Shown here piece after piece: positions 36,501 through 49,454 of a stretch of DNA of 64,000 bases; position 1 is the first letter of the stretch, and each line of letters starts with the position of its first letter. This stretch comes from Eledone cirrhosa (lineage: Eukaryota): assembly GCA_964016885.1 (NCBI GenBank), contig OZ024741.1:8804001-8868000 (forward strand). The letters run 5' to 3'. The position numbers and the translations under genes are program-made. Below the pieces are notes generated by a model. The model saw nothing but the letters and a program-made list of their open reading frames with translations, was not told the origin of the DNA and searched no databases.

Positions 36501-39500
36501 CTCTCTGTCATCCACCCTCTCTGTCTTCCAGCCACTGTGTCTGTATATCAGACTGTCTTCCAGTCTCTCTGTATTCCAGCCACTCTGTCTTCCAACCACT
36601 CTGTCCGTATATCAATATGTCTTCCAGCCACTCTGTCTTCCAGACACTCTGTCTGTATATCAGTCTGTCTTCCAGCCTCTCTCTCTGTATATCACTCTGT
36701 ATTCCAGCCTCTCTGTCTTCCAGCCAGTCTGTCTTCCAGCCTCTCTGTCTTCCAGCCTCTCTGTGTTCCAGTCTCTCTGTCTTACAGCCACTCTGTCTTC
36801 CAGCCTCTCTGTTTTCCAGCCACTCTGTCTTCCAGCCTCTCTGTCTTCCAGTCTCTCTGTCTGTATATCAGTCTGTCTTCCAGCCAATCAGTCTTCCAGT
36901 TTCTCTGTCTGTATATTAGTCTGTCTTCCAGCCTCACTGTCTTCCAGCCACTCTGGGTGTATATCAGTCTGTCTTCCAGCCACTCTGTCTTCCAGTCGAT
37001 CTAACTGTATATCAGTCTGTCTTCCAGCCACTCTGTCTTCCACCACACTGTCATCCAGGCACTCTGTCTTCCAGCCTCTCTGTCTTCCAGTCTCTTTGTC
37101 TTCATATCAGTCTGTTTTCCAGCCACACTGTCTTCCAGTTTCTCTGTCTGTATATCAGTCTGTCTTCCGCCCTCTTTGTCTTCCAGCCACTCTGTCTGTA
37201 TATTAGTCTGTCTTCCAGTCCCTCTGTCTGTATATCAGACTGTCTTGCAGCCTCTCTGTCATCCAGCCACTCTGTCTTCCAGCCACTCTGTCTTCCAGCC
37301 ACTCTGCCTTCCAGCCTCTCTGTCTTCCAGCCACTCTGTCTTCCAACCTCTCTGTCTTCCAGCCACTCTGTCTTCCAGCCTCTCTGTCTTGCAGCCACAC
37401 TGTCTGTATACCAGACTGTCTTCCAGGCTCTCTGTCCTCCAGCCTCTCTGTCTTCCAGGCACTCTGTCTGTATATCAGTCTGTCTTCTGGCTTCTCTGTC
37501 TTCCAGCCACTCTGTCTGTATATCAGAGGGTTTTCCAGCCACTCTGTCTTCCAGCCTCTCTGTCTTCCAGCCACTCTGTCTTCCAGCCACTCTGTCTGTA
37601 TATCAGTCTGTCTTTCAGCCACTCTGTCATCCAGCCACTCTGTCTGTATATCAGTCTGTCTTCCAGCCTCTCTGTCTTCCAGCCACTCTGTCTGTAAATT
37701 ATTCTGTTTCTGAGCCTCTCTGTCTTCCAGCGTCTCTGTCTTCCAGCCATTCTGTCTGTATATCAGTCTGTCTTCTAGCCTCTCTGTCTGTATATTAGTC
37801 TGTCTTCCAGCCTTTCTCTCTTCCAGCCACTCTGTGTTCCAGCCACTCTGTCTGTATATCAGTCTGTCTTCCAGCCTCTCTGTCTTCCAGCCTCTCTGTC
37901 TTCCAGACATTCAGTCTTTCAGACTATCTGTCTTCCAGCCTCTCTGTCTTCCAGCCACTGTGTCTGTATATCAGACTGTCTTCCAGCCTTTCTGTCTTCC
38001 AGCCACTCTGTCTTCCAGCCACTCTGTCTCTATATCAGTCTTTATTCCAGCCACTCTGTCTTCCAGACACTGTCTGTATATCAGTCTGTCTTCCAGCCTC
38101 TCTGTCTGTATATCACTCTGTCTCACAGCCTCTCTGTCTTCCAGCCACTCTGTCTTCCAGCCACTCTGTCTTCCAGCCACTCTGTCTTCCAGCCAGTCTG
38201 TCTTCCAGCCTCTCTGTCTTCCAGCCTCTCTGTCTTCCAGCCTCTCTGTCTTCCAGCCACTCTGTCTTCCAGCCTCTCTGTCTTCCAGCCACTCTGTCTT
38301 CCAGCCTCTTTGTCTTCTAGTCTCTCTGTCTGTATATCAGTCTGTCTACCAGCCAATCTGTGTTCCAGTTTCTCTGTCTGTATATTAGTCTGTCCTCCAG
38401 CCTCACTGTCTTCCAGCCACACTGGCTGTATATCAGTCTGTCTTCCAGCCACTCTGTCTTCCAGTCGTTCTAACTGTATATCAGTCTGTCTTCCAGCCAC
38501 TCTGTCTTCCAGCCACACTGTCATCCAGCCACTCTGTCTTCCAGCCTCTCTGTCTTCCAGTCTCTTTGTCTGTATATCGGTCTGTCTTCCAGCCACTCTG
38601 TCTCCCCGTTTCTCTGTCTGTATATCAGTGTGTCTTCCAGCCTCTTTGTCTTCCAGCCACTCTGTCTGTATATCAGTCTGTCTTCCAGACACACTGTCTT
38701 CCAGCCACACTGTCTTACATCCTCTCTATCTTCCAGCCGCTCTTTCTTCCAGCCTCTCTGTCTTCAAACTTCTCTGTCTTCCAGCCACTCTGTCTGTATA
38801 TTAGTCTGTCTCCGAACCTCTCTGTCTTCCAGCCACTCTGTCTTCCAGACACTCTGTCTGTATATCAGTCTGTCTTCCAGCCTCTCTGTCTGTATATCAG
38901 TCTATCTTCCAGCCTCTCTGTCTTCCAGCCACTCTGTTATTCCAGCCACTCTGTCTGTATATCACTCTCTCTTCCAGCCTCTCTGTCTACAAGCCACTCT
39001 GTCTTCTAGCCTCTCTGTCTTCCAGCCTCTCTGTCTTCCAGCCACTCTGTATTCCAGCCACTCTGTCTGTATATCAGTCTGTCTTCCAGTCCCTCTGTCT
39101 GTATATCAGACTGTCTTGCAGCCTCTCTGTCATCCAGCCACTCTGTCTTCCAGCCACTCTGTCTTCCAGCCACTCTGCCTTCCAGCCTCTCTGTCTTCCA
39201 GCCACTCTGTCTTCCAGCCTCTCTGTCTTGCAGCCACACTGTCTGTATACCAGACTGTCTTCCAGGCTCTCTGTCCTCCAGCCTCTCTGTCTTCCAGGCA
39301 CTCTGTCTGTATATCAGTCTGTCTTCTGGCTTCTCTGTCTTCCAGCCACTCTGTCTGTATATCAGAGGGTTTTCCAGCCACTCTGTCTTCCAGCCTCTCT
39401 GTCTTCCAGCCACTCTGTCTTCCAGCCACTCTGTCTGTATATCAGTCTGTCTTTCAGCCACTCTGTCATCCAGCCACTCTGTCTGTATATCAGTCTGTCT

Positions 39501-42500
39501 TCCAGCCTCTCTGTCTTCCAGCCACTCTGTCTGTAAATTATTCTGTTTCTGAGCCTCTCTGTCTTCCAGCGTCTCTGTCTTCCAGCCATTCTGTCTGTAT
39601 ATCAGTCTGTCTTCTAGCCTCTCTGTCTGTATATTAGTCTGTCTTCCAGCCTTTCTCTCTTCCAGCCACTCTGTGTTCCAGCCACTCTGTCTGTATATCA
39701 GTCTGTCTTCCAGCCTCTCTGTCTTCCAGCCTCTCTGTCTTCCAGACATTCAGTCTTTCAGACTATCTGTCTTCCAGCCTCTCTGTCTTCCAGCCACTGT
39801 GTCTGTATATCAGACTGTCTTCCAGCCTTTCTGTCTTCCAGCCACTCTGTCTTCCAGCCACTCTGTCTCTATATCAGTCTTTATTCCAGCCACTCTGTCT
39901 TCCAGACACTGTCTGTATATCAGTCTGTCTTCCAGCCTCTCTGTCTGTATATCACTCTGTCTCACAGCCTCTCTGTCTTCCAGCCACTCTGTCTTCCAGC
40001 CACTCTGTCTTCCAGCCACTCTGTCTTCCAGCCAGTCTGTCTTCCAGCCTCTCTGTCTTCCAGCCTCTCTGTCTTCCAGCCTCTCTGTCTTCCAGCCACT
40101 CTGTCTTCCAGCCTCTCTGTCTTCCAGCCACTCTGTCTTCCAGCCTCTTTGTCTTCTAGTCTCTCTGTCTGTATATCAGTCTGTCTACCAGCCAATCTGT
40201 GTTCCAGTTTCTCTGTCTGTATATTAGTCTGTCCTCCAGCCTCACTGTCTTCCAGCCACACTGGCTGTATATCAGTCTGTCTTCCAGCCACTCTGTCTTC
40301 CAGTCGTTCTAACTGTATATCAGTCTGTCTTCCAGCCACTCTGTCTTCCAGCCACACTGTCATCCAGCCACTCTGTCTTCCAGCCTCTCTGTCTTCCAGT
40401 CTCTTTGTCTGTATATCGGTCTGTCTTCCAGCCACTCTGTCTCCCCGTTTCTCTGTCTGTATATCAGTGTGTCTTCCAGCCTCTTTGTCTTCCAGCCACT
40501 CTGTCTGTATATCAGTCTGTCTTCCAGACACACTGTCTTCCAGCCACACTGTCTTACATCCTCTCTATCTTCCAGCCGCTCTTTCTTCCAGCCTCTCTGT
40601 CTTCAAACTTCTCTGTCTTCCAGCCACTCTGTCTGTATATTAGTCTGTCTCCGAACCTCTCTGTCTTCCAGCCACTCTGTCTTCCAGACACTCTGTCTGT
40701 ATATCAGTCTGTCTTCCAGCCTCTCTGTCTTAATATCAGTCTGTTTTCCAGCCTCTCTGTCTTCCAGCCACTCTGTCTGTATATTAGTCTGTCTCCGAAC
40801 CTCTCTGTCTTCCAGCCACTCTGTCTTCCAGCCACTCTGTCTGTATATCAGTCTGTCTTCCAGCCTCTCTGTCTACAAGCCACTCTGTCTTCTAGCCTCT
40901 CTGTCTTCCAGCCTCTCTGTCTTCCAGCCACTCTGTCTTCCAGCCACTCTGTCTGTATATTAGTCTGTCTCCGAACCTCTCTGTCTTCCAGCCACTCTGT
41001 CTTCCAGCCACTCTGTCTGTATATCAGTCTGTCTTCCAGCCTCTCTGTCTACAAGCCACTCTGTCTTCTAGCCTCTCTGTCTTCCAGCCTCTCTGTCTTC
41101 CAGCCACTCTGTCTTCCAGCCACTCTGTCTGCATATCAGTCTGTCTTCCAGTCCCTGTGTCTGTATATCAGACTGTCTTGCAGCCTCTCTGTCATCCAGC
41201 CACTCTGTCTTCCAGCCACTCTGTCTTCAAGCCAGTCGGTCATCCAGCCACTCTGTCTTCCAGCCACTCTGTCTTCCAGCCTCTCTGTCTTCCAGCCAAA
41301 CTGTCTGTATACCAGACTGTCTTCCAGGCTCTCTGTCTTCCAGCCTCTCTGTCTTCCAGGCACTCTGTCTGTATATCAGTCTGTCTTCAGGCTTCTCTGT
41401 CTTCCAGCCACTCTGTCTTCCAGCCACTCTCTCTTCCAGCCTCTCTGTCTTCCAGCCACTCTGTCTGTATATTATTCTGTTTCTGAGCCTCTCTGTCTTC
41501 CAGCCACTCTGTCTTCTATCCACTCTGTCTGTATATCAGTCTGTCTTCTAGCCTCTCTGTCTTCCAGCCTCTCTGTCTGTATATCAGTCTGTCTTCCAGC
41601 CTCTCTGTCTTCCAGTCACTCTGTGTTCCAGCCACTCTGTCTGTATATCAGTCTGTCTTCCATCCTCTCTGTCTTCCAGCCACTCAGTCTTCCAGACTCT
41701 CTGTCATCCACCCTCTCTGTCTTCCAGCCACTGTGTCTGTATATCAGACTGTCTTCCAGTCTCTCTGTATTCCAGCCACTCTGTCTTCCAACCACTCTGT
41801 CCGTATATCAATATGTCTTCCAGCCACTCTGTCTTCCAGACACTCTGTCTGTATATCAGTCTGTCTTCCAGCCTCTCTCTCTGTATATCACTCTGTCTTC
41901 CAGCCTCTCTGTCTTCCAGCCAGTCTGTCTTCCAGCCTCTCTGTCTTCCAGCCTCTCTGTGTTCCAGTCTCTCTGTCTTACAGCCACTCTGTCTTCCAGC
42001 CTCTCTGTTTTCCAGCCACTCTGTCTTCCAGCCTCTCTGTCTTCCAGTCTCTCTGTCTGTATATCAGTCTGTCTTCCAGCCAATCAGTCTTCCAGTTTCT
42101 CTGTCTGTATATTAGTCTGTCTTCCAGCCTCACTGTCTTCCAGCCACTCTGGGTGTATATCAGTCTGTCTTCCAGCCACTCTGTCTTCCAGTCGTTCTAA
42201 CTGTATATCAGTCTGTCTTCCAGCCACTCTGTCTTCCACCACACTGTCATCCAGGCACTCTGTCTTCCAGCCTCTCTGTCTTCCAGTCTCTTTGTCTTCA
42301 TATCAGTCTGTTTTCCAGCCACACTGTCTTCCAGTTTCTCTGTCTGTATATCAGTCTGTCTTCCGCCCTCTTTGTCTTCCAGCCACTCTGTCTGTATATT
42401 AGTCTGTCTTCCAGTCCCTCTGTCTGTATATCAGACTGTCTTGCAGCCTCTCTGTCATCCAGCCACTCTGTCTTCCAGCCACTCTGTCTTCCAGCCACTC

Positions 42501-44085
42501 TGCCTTCCAGCCTCTCTGTCTTCCAGCCACTCTGTCTTCCAACCTCTCTGTCTTCCAGCCACTCTGTCTTCCAGCCTCTCTGTCTTGCAGCCACACTGTC
42601 TGTATACCAGACTGTCTTCCAGGCTCTCTGTCCTCCAGCCTCTCTGTCTTCCAGGCACTCTGTCTGTATATCAGTCTGTCTTCTGGCTTCTCTGTCTTCC
42701 AGCCACTCTGTCTGTATATCAGAGGGTTTTCCAGCCACTCTGTCTTCCAGCCTCTCTGTCTTCCAGCCACTCTGTCTTCCAGCCACTCTGTCTGTATATC
42801 AGTCTGTCTTTCAGCCACTCTGTCATCCAGCCACTCTGTCTGTATATCAGTCTGTCTTCCAGCCTCTCTGTCTTCCAGCCACTCTGTCTGTAAATTATTC
42901 TGTTTCTGAGCCTCTCTGTCTTCCAGCGTCTCTGTCTTCCAGCCATTCTGTCTGTATATCAGTCTGTCTTCTAGCCTCTCTGTCTGTATATTAGTCTGTC
43001 TTCCAGCCTTTCTCTCTTCCAGCCACTCTGTGTTCCAGCCACTCTGTCTGTATATCAGTCTGTCTTCCAGCCTCTCTGTCTTCCAGCCTCTCTGTCTTCC
43101 AGACATTCAGTCTTTCAGACTATCTGTCTTCCAGCCTCTCTGTCTTCCAGCCACTGTGTCTGTATATCAGACTGTCTTCCAGCCTTTCTGTCTTCCAGCC
43201 ACTCTGTCTTCCAGCCACTCTGTCTCTATATCAGTCTTTATTCCAGCCACTCTGTCTTCCAGACACTGTCTGTATATCAGTCTGTCTTCCAGCCTCTCTG
43301 TCTGTATATCACTCTGTCTCACAGCCTCTCTGTCTTCCAGCCACTCTGTCTTCCAGCCACTCTGTCTTCCAGCCACTCTGTCTTCCAGCCAGTCTGTCTT
43401 CCAGCCTCTCTGTCTTCCAGCCTCTCTGTCTTCCAGCCTCTCTGTCTTCCAGCCACTCTGTCTTCCAGCCTCTCTGTCTTCCAGCCACTCTGTCTTCCAG
43501 CCTCTTTGTCTTCTAGTCTCTCTGTCTGTATATCAGTCTGTCTACCAGCCAATCTGTGTTCCAGTTTCTCTGTCTGTATATTAGTCTGTCCTCCAGCCTC
43601 ACTGTCTTCCAGCCACACTGGCTGTATATCAGTCTGTCTTCCAGCCACTCTGTCTTCCAGTCGTTCTAACTGTATATCAGTCTGTCTTCCAGCCACTCTG
43701 TCTTCCAGCCACACTGTCATCCAGCCACTCTGTCTTCCAGCCTCTCTGTCTTCCAGTCTCTTTGTCTGTATATCGGTCTGTCTTCCAGCCACTCTGTCTC
43801 CCCGTTTCTCTGTCTGTATATCAGTGTGTCTTCCAGCCTCTTTGTCTTCCAGCCACTCTGTCTGTATATCAGTCTGTCTTCCAGACACACTGTCTTCCAG
43901 CCACACTGTCTTACATCCTCTCTATCTTCCAGCCGCTCTTTCTTCCAGCCTCTCTGTCTTCAAACTTCTCTGTCTTCCAGCCACTCTGTCTGTATATTAG
44001 TCTGTCTCCGAACCTCTCTGTCTTCCAGCCACTCTGTCTTCCAGACACTCTGTCTGTATATCAGTCTGTCTTCCAGCCTCTCTGT
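33600..44085. repeat. Near-identical tandem duplication of a 5196-bp block
   Basis: Constant ORF offset of 5196 (33810/39006, 34477/39673, 35209/40405, 37102/42298, 37834/43030, 38566/43762). The two 665-aa translations differ at one visible residue. Confidence 0.9.
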
Positions 44086-44189
44086 CTTAATATCAGTCTG
44101 TTTTCCAGCCTCTCTGTCTTCCAGCCACTCTGTCTGTATATTAGTCTGTCTCCGAACCTCTCTGTCTTCCAGCCACTCTGTCTTCCAGC

Positions 44190-47100
44190 CACTCTGTCTG
44201 TATATCAGTCTGTCTTCCAGCCTCTCTGTCTACAAGCCACTCTGTCTTCTAGCCTCTCTGTCTTCCAGCCTCTCTGTCTTCCAGCCACTCTGTCTTCCAG
44301 CCACTCTGTCTGCATATCAGTCTGTCTTCCAGTCCCTGTGTCTGTATATCAGACTGTCTTGCAGCCTCTCTGTCATCCAGCCACTCTGTCTTCCAGCCAC
44401 TCTGTCTTCAAGCCAGTCGGTCATCCAGCCACTCTGTCTTCCAGCCACTCTGTCTTCCAGCCTCTCTGTCTTCCAGCCAAACTGTCTGTATACCAGACTG
44501 TCTTCCAGGCTCTCTGTCTTCCAGCCTCTCTGTCTTCCAGGCACTCTGTCTGTATATCAGTCTGTCTTCAGGCTTCTCTGTCTTCCAGCCACTCTGTCTT
44601 CCAGCCACTCTCTCTTCCAGCCTCTATGTCTTCCAGCCACTCTGTCTGTATATTATTCTGTTTCTGAGCCTCTCTGTCTTCCAGCCACTCTGTCTTCTAT
44701 CCACTCTGTCTGTATATCAGTCTGTCTTCTAGCCTCTCTGTCTTCCAGCCTCTCTGTCTGTATATCAGTCTGTCTTCCAGCCTCTCTGTCTTCCAGTCAC
44801 TCTGTGTTCCATCCACTCTGTCTGTATATCAGTCTGTCTTCCATCCTCTCTGTCTTCCAGCCACTCAGTCTTCCAGACTCTCTGTCATCCACCCTCTCTG
44901 TCTTCCAGCCACTGTGTCTGTATATCAGACTGTCTTCCAGTCTCTCTGTATTCCAGCCACTCTGTCTTCCAACCACTCTGTCCGTATATCAATATGTCTT
45001 CCAGCCACTCTGTCTTCCAGACACTCTGTCTGTATATCAGTCTGTCTTCCAGCCTCTCTCTCTGTATATCACTCTGTCTTCCAGCCTCTCTGTCTTCCAG
45101 CCAGTCTGTCTTCCAGCCTCTCTGTCTTCCAGCCTCTCTGTGTTCCAGTCTCTCTGTCTTACAGCCACTCTGTCTTCCAGCCTCTCTGTTTTCCAGCCAC
45201 TCTGTCTTCCAGCCTCTCTGTCTTCCAGTCTCTCTGTCTGTATATCAGTCTGTCTTCCAGCCAATCAGTCTTCCAGTTTCTCTGTCTGTATATTAGTCTG
45301 TCTTCCAGCCTCACTGTCTTCCAGCCACTCTGGGTGTATATCAGTCTGTCTTCCAGCCACTCTGTCTTCCAGTCGTTCTAACTGTATATCAGTCTGTCTT
45401 CCAGCCACTCTGTCTTCCACCACACTGTCATCCAGACACTCTGTCTTCCAGCCACTCTCTCTTCCAGCCTCTCTGTCTTCCGGCCTCTCTGTCTTCCAGC
45501 CTCTCTGTCTGTATATTAGTCTGTCTCCGAACCTCTCTGTCTTCCAGCCACTCTGTCTCCCAGCCACTCTGTCTGTATATCAGTCTGTCTTCCAGCCTCT
45601 CTGTCTGTATATCAGTCTATCTTCCAGCCTCTCTGTCTTCCAGCCACTCTGTTATTCCAGCCACTCTGTCAGTATATCACTCTCTCTTCCAGCCTCTCTG
45701 TCTACAAGCCACTCTGTCTTCTAGCCTCTCTGTCTTCCAGCCTCTCTGTCTTCCAGCCACTCTGTCTTCCAGCCACTCTGTCTGTATATCAGTCTGTCTT
45801 CCAGTCCCTCTGTCTGTATATCAGACTGTCTTGCAGCCTCTCTGTCATCCAGCCACTCTGTCTTCCAGCCACTCTGTCTTCCAGCCACTCTGCCTTCCAG
45901 CCTCTCTGTCTTCCAGCCACTCTGTCTTCCAACCTCTCTGTCTTCCAGCCACTCTGTCTTCCAGCCTCTCTGTCTTGCAGCCACACTGTCTGTATACCAG
46001 ACTGTCTTCCAGGCTCTCTGTCCTCCAGCCTCTCTGTCTTCCAGGCACTCTGTCTGTATATCAGTCTGTCTTCTGGCTTCTCTGTCTTCCAGCCACTCTG
46101 TCTGTATATCAGAGGGTTTTCCAGCCACTCTGTCTTCCAGCCTCTCTGTCTTCCAGCCACTCTGTCTTCCAGCCACTCTGTCTGTATATCAGTCTGTCTT
46201 TCAGCCACTCTGTCATCCAGCCACTCTGTCTGTATATCAGTCTGTCTTCCAGCCTCTCTGTCTTCCAGCCACTCTGTCTGTAAATTATTCTGTTTCTGAG
46301 CCTCTCTGTCTTCCAGCGTCTCTGTCTTCCAGCCATTCTGTCTGTATATCAGTCTGTCTTCTAGCCTCTCTGTCTGTATATTAGTCTGTCTTCCAGCCTT
46401 TCTCTCTTCCAGCCACTCTGTGTTCCAGCCACTCTGTCTGTATATCAGTCTGTCTTCCAGCCTCTCTGTCTTCCAGCCTCTCTGTCTTCCAGCCATTCAG
46501 TCTTTCAGACTATCTGTCTTCCAGCCTCTCTGTCTTCCAGCCACTGTGTCTGTATATCAGACTGTCTTCCAGCCTTTCTGTCTTCCAGCCACTCTGTCTT
46601 CCAGCCACTCTGTCTCTATATCAGTCTTTATTCCAGCCACTCTGTCTTCCAGACACTGTCTGTATATCAGTCTGTCTTCCAGCCTCTCTGTCTGTATATC
46701 ACTCTGTCTCACAGCCTCTCTGTCTTCCAGCCACTCTGTCTTCCAGCCACTCTGTCTTCCAGCCACTCTGTCTTCCAGCCAGTCTGTCTTCCAGCCTCTC
46801 TGTCTTCCAGCCTCTCTGTCTTCCAGCCTCTCTGTCTTCCAGCCACTCTGTCTTCCAGCCTCTCTGTCTTCCAGCCACTCTGTCTTCCAGCCTCTTTGTC
46901 TTCTAGTCTCTCTGTCTGTATATCAGTCTGTCTACCAGCCAATCTGTGTTCCAGTTTCTCTGTCTGTATATTAGTCTGTCCTCCAGCCTCACTGTCTTCC
47001 AGCCACACTGGCTGTATATCAGTCTGTCTTCCAGCCACTCTGTCTTCCAGTCGTTCTAACTGTATATCAGTCTGTCTTCCAGCCACTCTGTCTTCCAGCC

Positions 47101-49095
47101 ACACTGTCATCCAGCCACTCTGTCTTCCAGCCTCTCTGTCTTCCAGTCTCTTTGTCTGTATATCGGTCTGTCTTCCAGCCACTCTGTCTCCCCGTTTCTC
47201 TGTCTGTATATCAGTGTGTCTTCCAGCCTCTTTGTCTTCCAGCCACTCTGTCTGTATATCAGTCTGTCTTCCAGACACACTGTCTTCCAGCCACACTGTC
47301 TTACATCCTCTCTATCTTCCAGCCGCTCTTTCTTCCAGCCTCTCTGTCTTCAAACTTCTCTGTCTTCCAGCCACTCTGTCTGTATATTAGTCTGTCTCCG
47401 AACCTCTCTGTCTTCCAGCCACTCTGTCTTCCAGACACTCTGTCTGTATATCAGTCTGTCTTCCAGCCTCTCTGTCTTTATATCAGTCTGTTTTCCAGCC
47501 TCTCTGTCTTCCAGCCACTCTGTCTGTATATTAGTCTGTCTCCGAACCTCTCTGTCTTCCAGCCACTCTGTCTTCCAGCCACTCTGTCTGTATATCAGTC
47601 TGTCTTCCAGCCTCTCTGTCTTTATATCAGTCTGTCTTCCAGCCTCTCTGTCTTCCAGCCACTCTGTCTTCCAGCCACCCTGTCTGTATATCAGTCTGTC
47701 TTGCTGCCCCTCTGTCTGTATATCAGCCTGTCTTCCAGCCTCTCTGTCTTTATATCAGTCTGTCTTCCAGCCTCTGTGTCTCCCAGCCTCTCTGTCTTCC
47801 AGCCACTCTGTCTTCCAGCCACTCTGTCTGTATATCAGTCTGTCTTGCTGCCCCTCTGTCTGTATATCAGCCTGTCTTCCAGCCTCTCTGTCTTCCAGCC
47901 ACTCTGTCTTCCAGCCAATCTGTCTTCCAGCCAGTCTGTCATCCAGCCACTCTGTCTTCCAGCCTCTCTGTCTTCCAGCCACTCTGTCTTCCAACCTCAC
48001 TGTCTTCCAGCCACTCTGTCTTCCAGCCTCTTTGTCTTCCAGCAACACTGTCTGTATACCAGACTCTCTTCCAGCCTCACTGTCTTCCAGCCTCTCTGTC
48101 TTCCAGACACTCTGTCTGTATATCAGTCTGTCTTCCAGCTTCTCTGTCATCCAGCCACTCTGTCTGTATATCAGTGGGTTTTCCAGCCTCTCTGTCTTCC
48201 AGCCTCTCTGACTTCCAGCCACTCTGTCTTCCAGCCTCTCTGTCTTCCAGCCTCTCTGTCTGTATATCAGTCTGACTTACAGCCACTCTGTCTTCCAGCC
48301 ACTCTGTCTGTATTTCAGACTGTCTGCCAGCCTTTCTGTCTTCCAGCCTCTCTGTCTTCCAGCCACTCTGTCTGTATATTAGTCTGTCTCCGAACCTCTC
48401 TGTCTTCCAGCCACTCTGTCTTCCAGCCACTCTGTCTTCCAGCCACTCTGTCTGTATATCAGTCTGTCTTCCAGCCTCTCTGTCTGTATATCAGTCTGTC
48501 TTCCAGCCTCTCTGTCTTCCAGCCACTCTGTCTTCCAGCCACTCTGTCTTCTGGCCAGTCTGACATCTAGCCACTCTGTCTTCCAAACTCTCTCTCTTCC
48601 AGACACTCTGTCTTCCAGCCTTTCTGTCTTCCAGCCACACTGTCTGTATATCAGACTGTCGTCCAGCCTATCTGTCTTCCAGCCTCTCTGTCTTCCAGCC
48701 ACTCTGTCTTCCAGCCACTCTGTCTGTATATCAGACTGTCTTCCAGCCTCTCTGTCTTCCAGCGTCTCTGTCTGTATATCAGTCTGTCTTCCAGCCTCTC
48801 TGTCTATCAACCACTCTCTCTTCCAGCCTCTCTGTCTTCCAGCCACTCTGTCTTCCAGCCACTCTGTCATTCAGCCACTCTGTCTGTATATCAGTCTGTC
48901 TTCCAGCCTCTCTGTCTTTCAGCCACTCTCTCTTCCAGCCTCTCTGTCTTCCAGCCACTCTGTCTTCCAGCCACTCTCTCTTCCAGCCTCTCTGTCTTCC
49001 AGCCGCTCTGTCTTCCAGCCACTCTGTCTGTATATCAGTCTGTCTTCCAGCCTCTCTGTCTGTATATCAGTCTGTCTTCCAGCCTCTCTGTCTTC
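44190..49095. repeat. Second copy of the 27400-32340 block
   Basis: Shares rare variants with the first copy: TTCTGGCCAGTCTGACATCTAG (~31792 / ~48549), GTATTTCAGACTGTCTGCC and CTATCAACC. Confidence 0.85.
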
Positions 49096-49454
49096 CAGCC
49101 ACTCTGTCTTCCAGCCACTCTGTCTGTATATCAGTCTGTCTTCCAGCCACTCTGTCTTCTAGCCTCCCTGTCTTCCAGCCTCTCTGTCTTCCAGTCACTC
49201 TGTCTTACCGGTAACTCTCTACCAGACTCTCTGTCTTCCAGCCACTCTGTCTTCCAGCCACTCTGTCTCTATATCAGTCTGTCTTCCAGCCTCTCTGTCT
49301 GTATATCAGTCTGTATTCTAGCCTCTCTGTCTTCCAGCCACACTGTGTTCCAGCCACTCTGTCTTCCAGCCGCACTGTCTTCCAGCCACTCTGTCTCTAT
49401 ATCAGTCTGTCTTCCAGCCTCTCTGTCTGTATATCAGTCTGTATTCTAGCCTCT

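Larger units (their letters stand above)
1..49190. repeat. Left sub-array (variant family L) with a degenerate higher-order unit averaging about 1.8 kb
   Basis: Diagnostic variants recur in a conserved order: GAGGGTTTT, TATTCTGTTTCTGAG, CCGTATATCAATA, CTGGGTG, GTCGTTCTA, CCACCACACTG, CCGAACC, CTACAAGCC, TTCAAGCCAG, GTATACCAGAC. I counted 26 copies of GTCG(T/A)TCTA between 1262 and 47050. GAGGGTTTT at 97 and 2161 is 2064 bp (129 x 16) apart. Confidence 0.85.
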
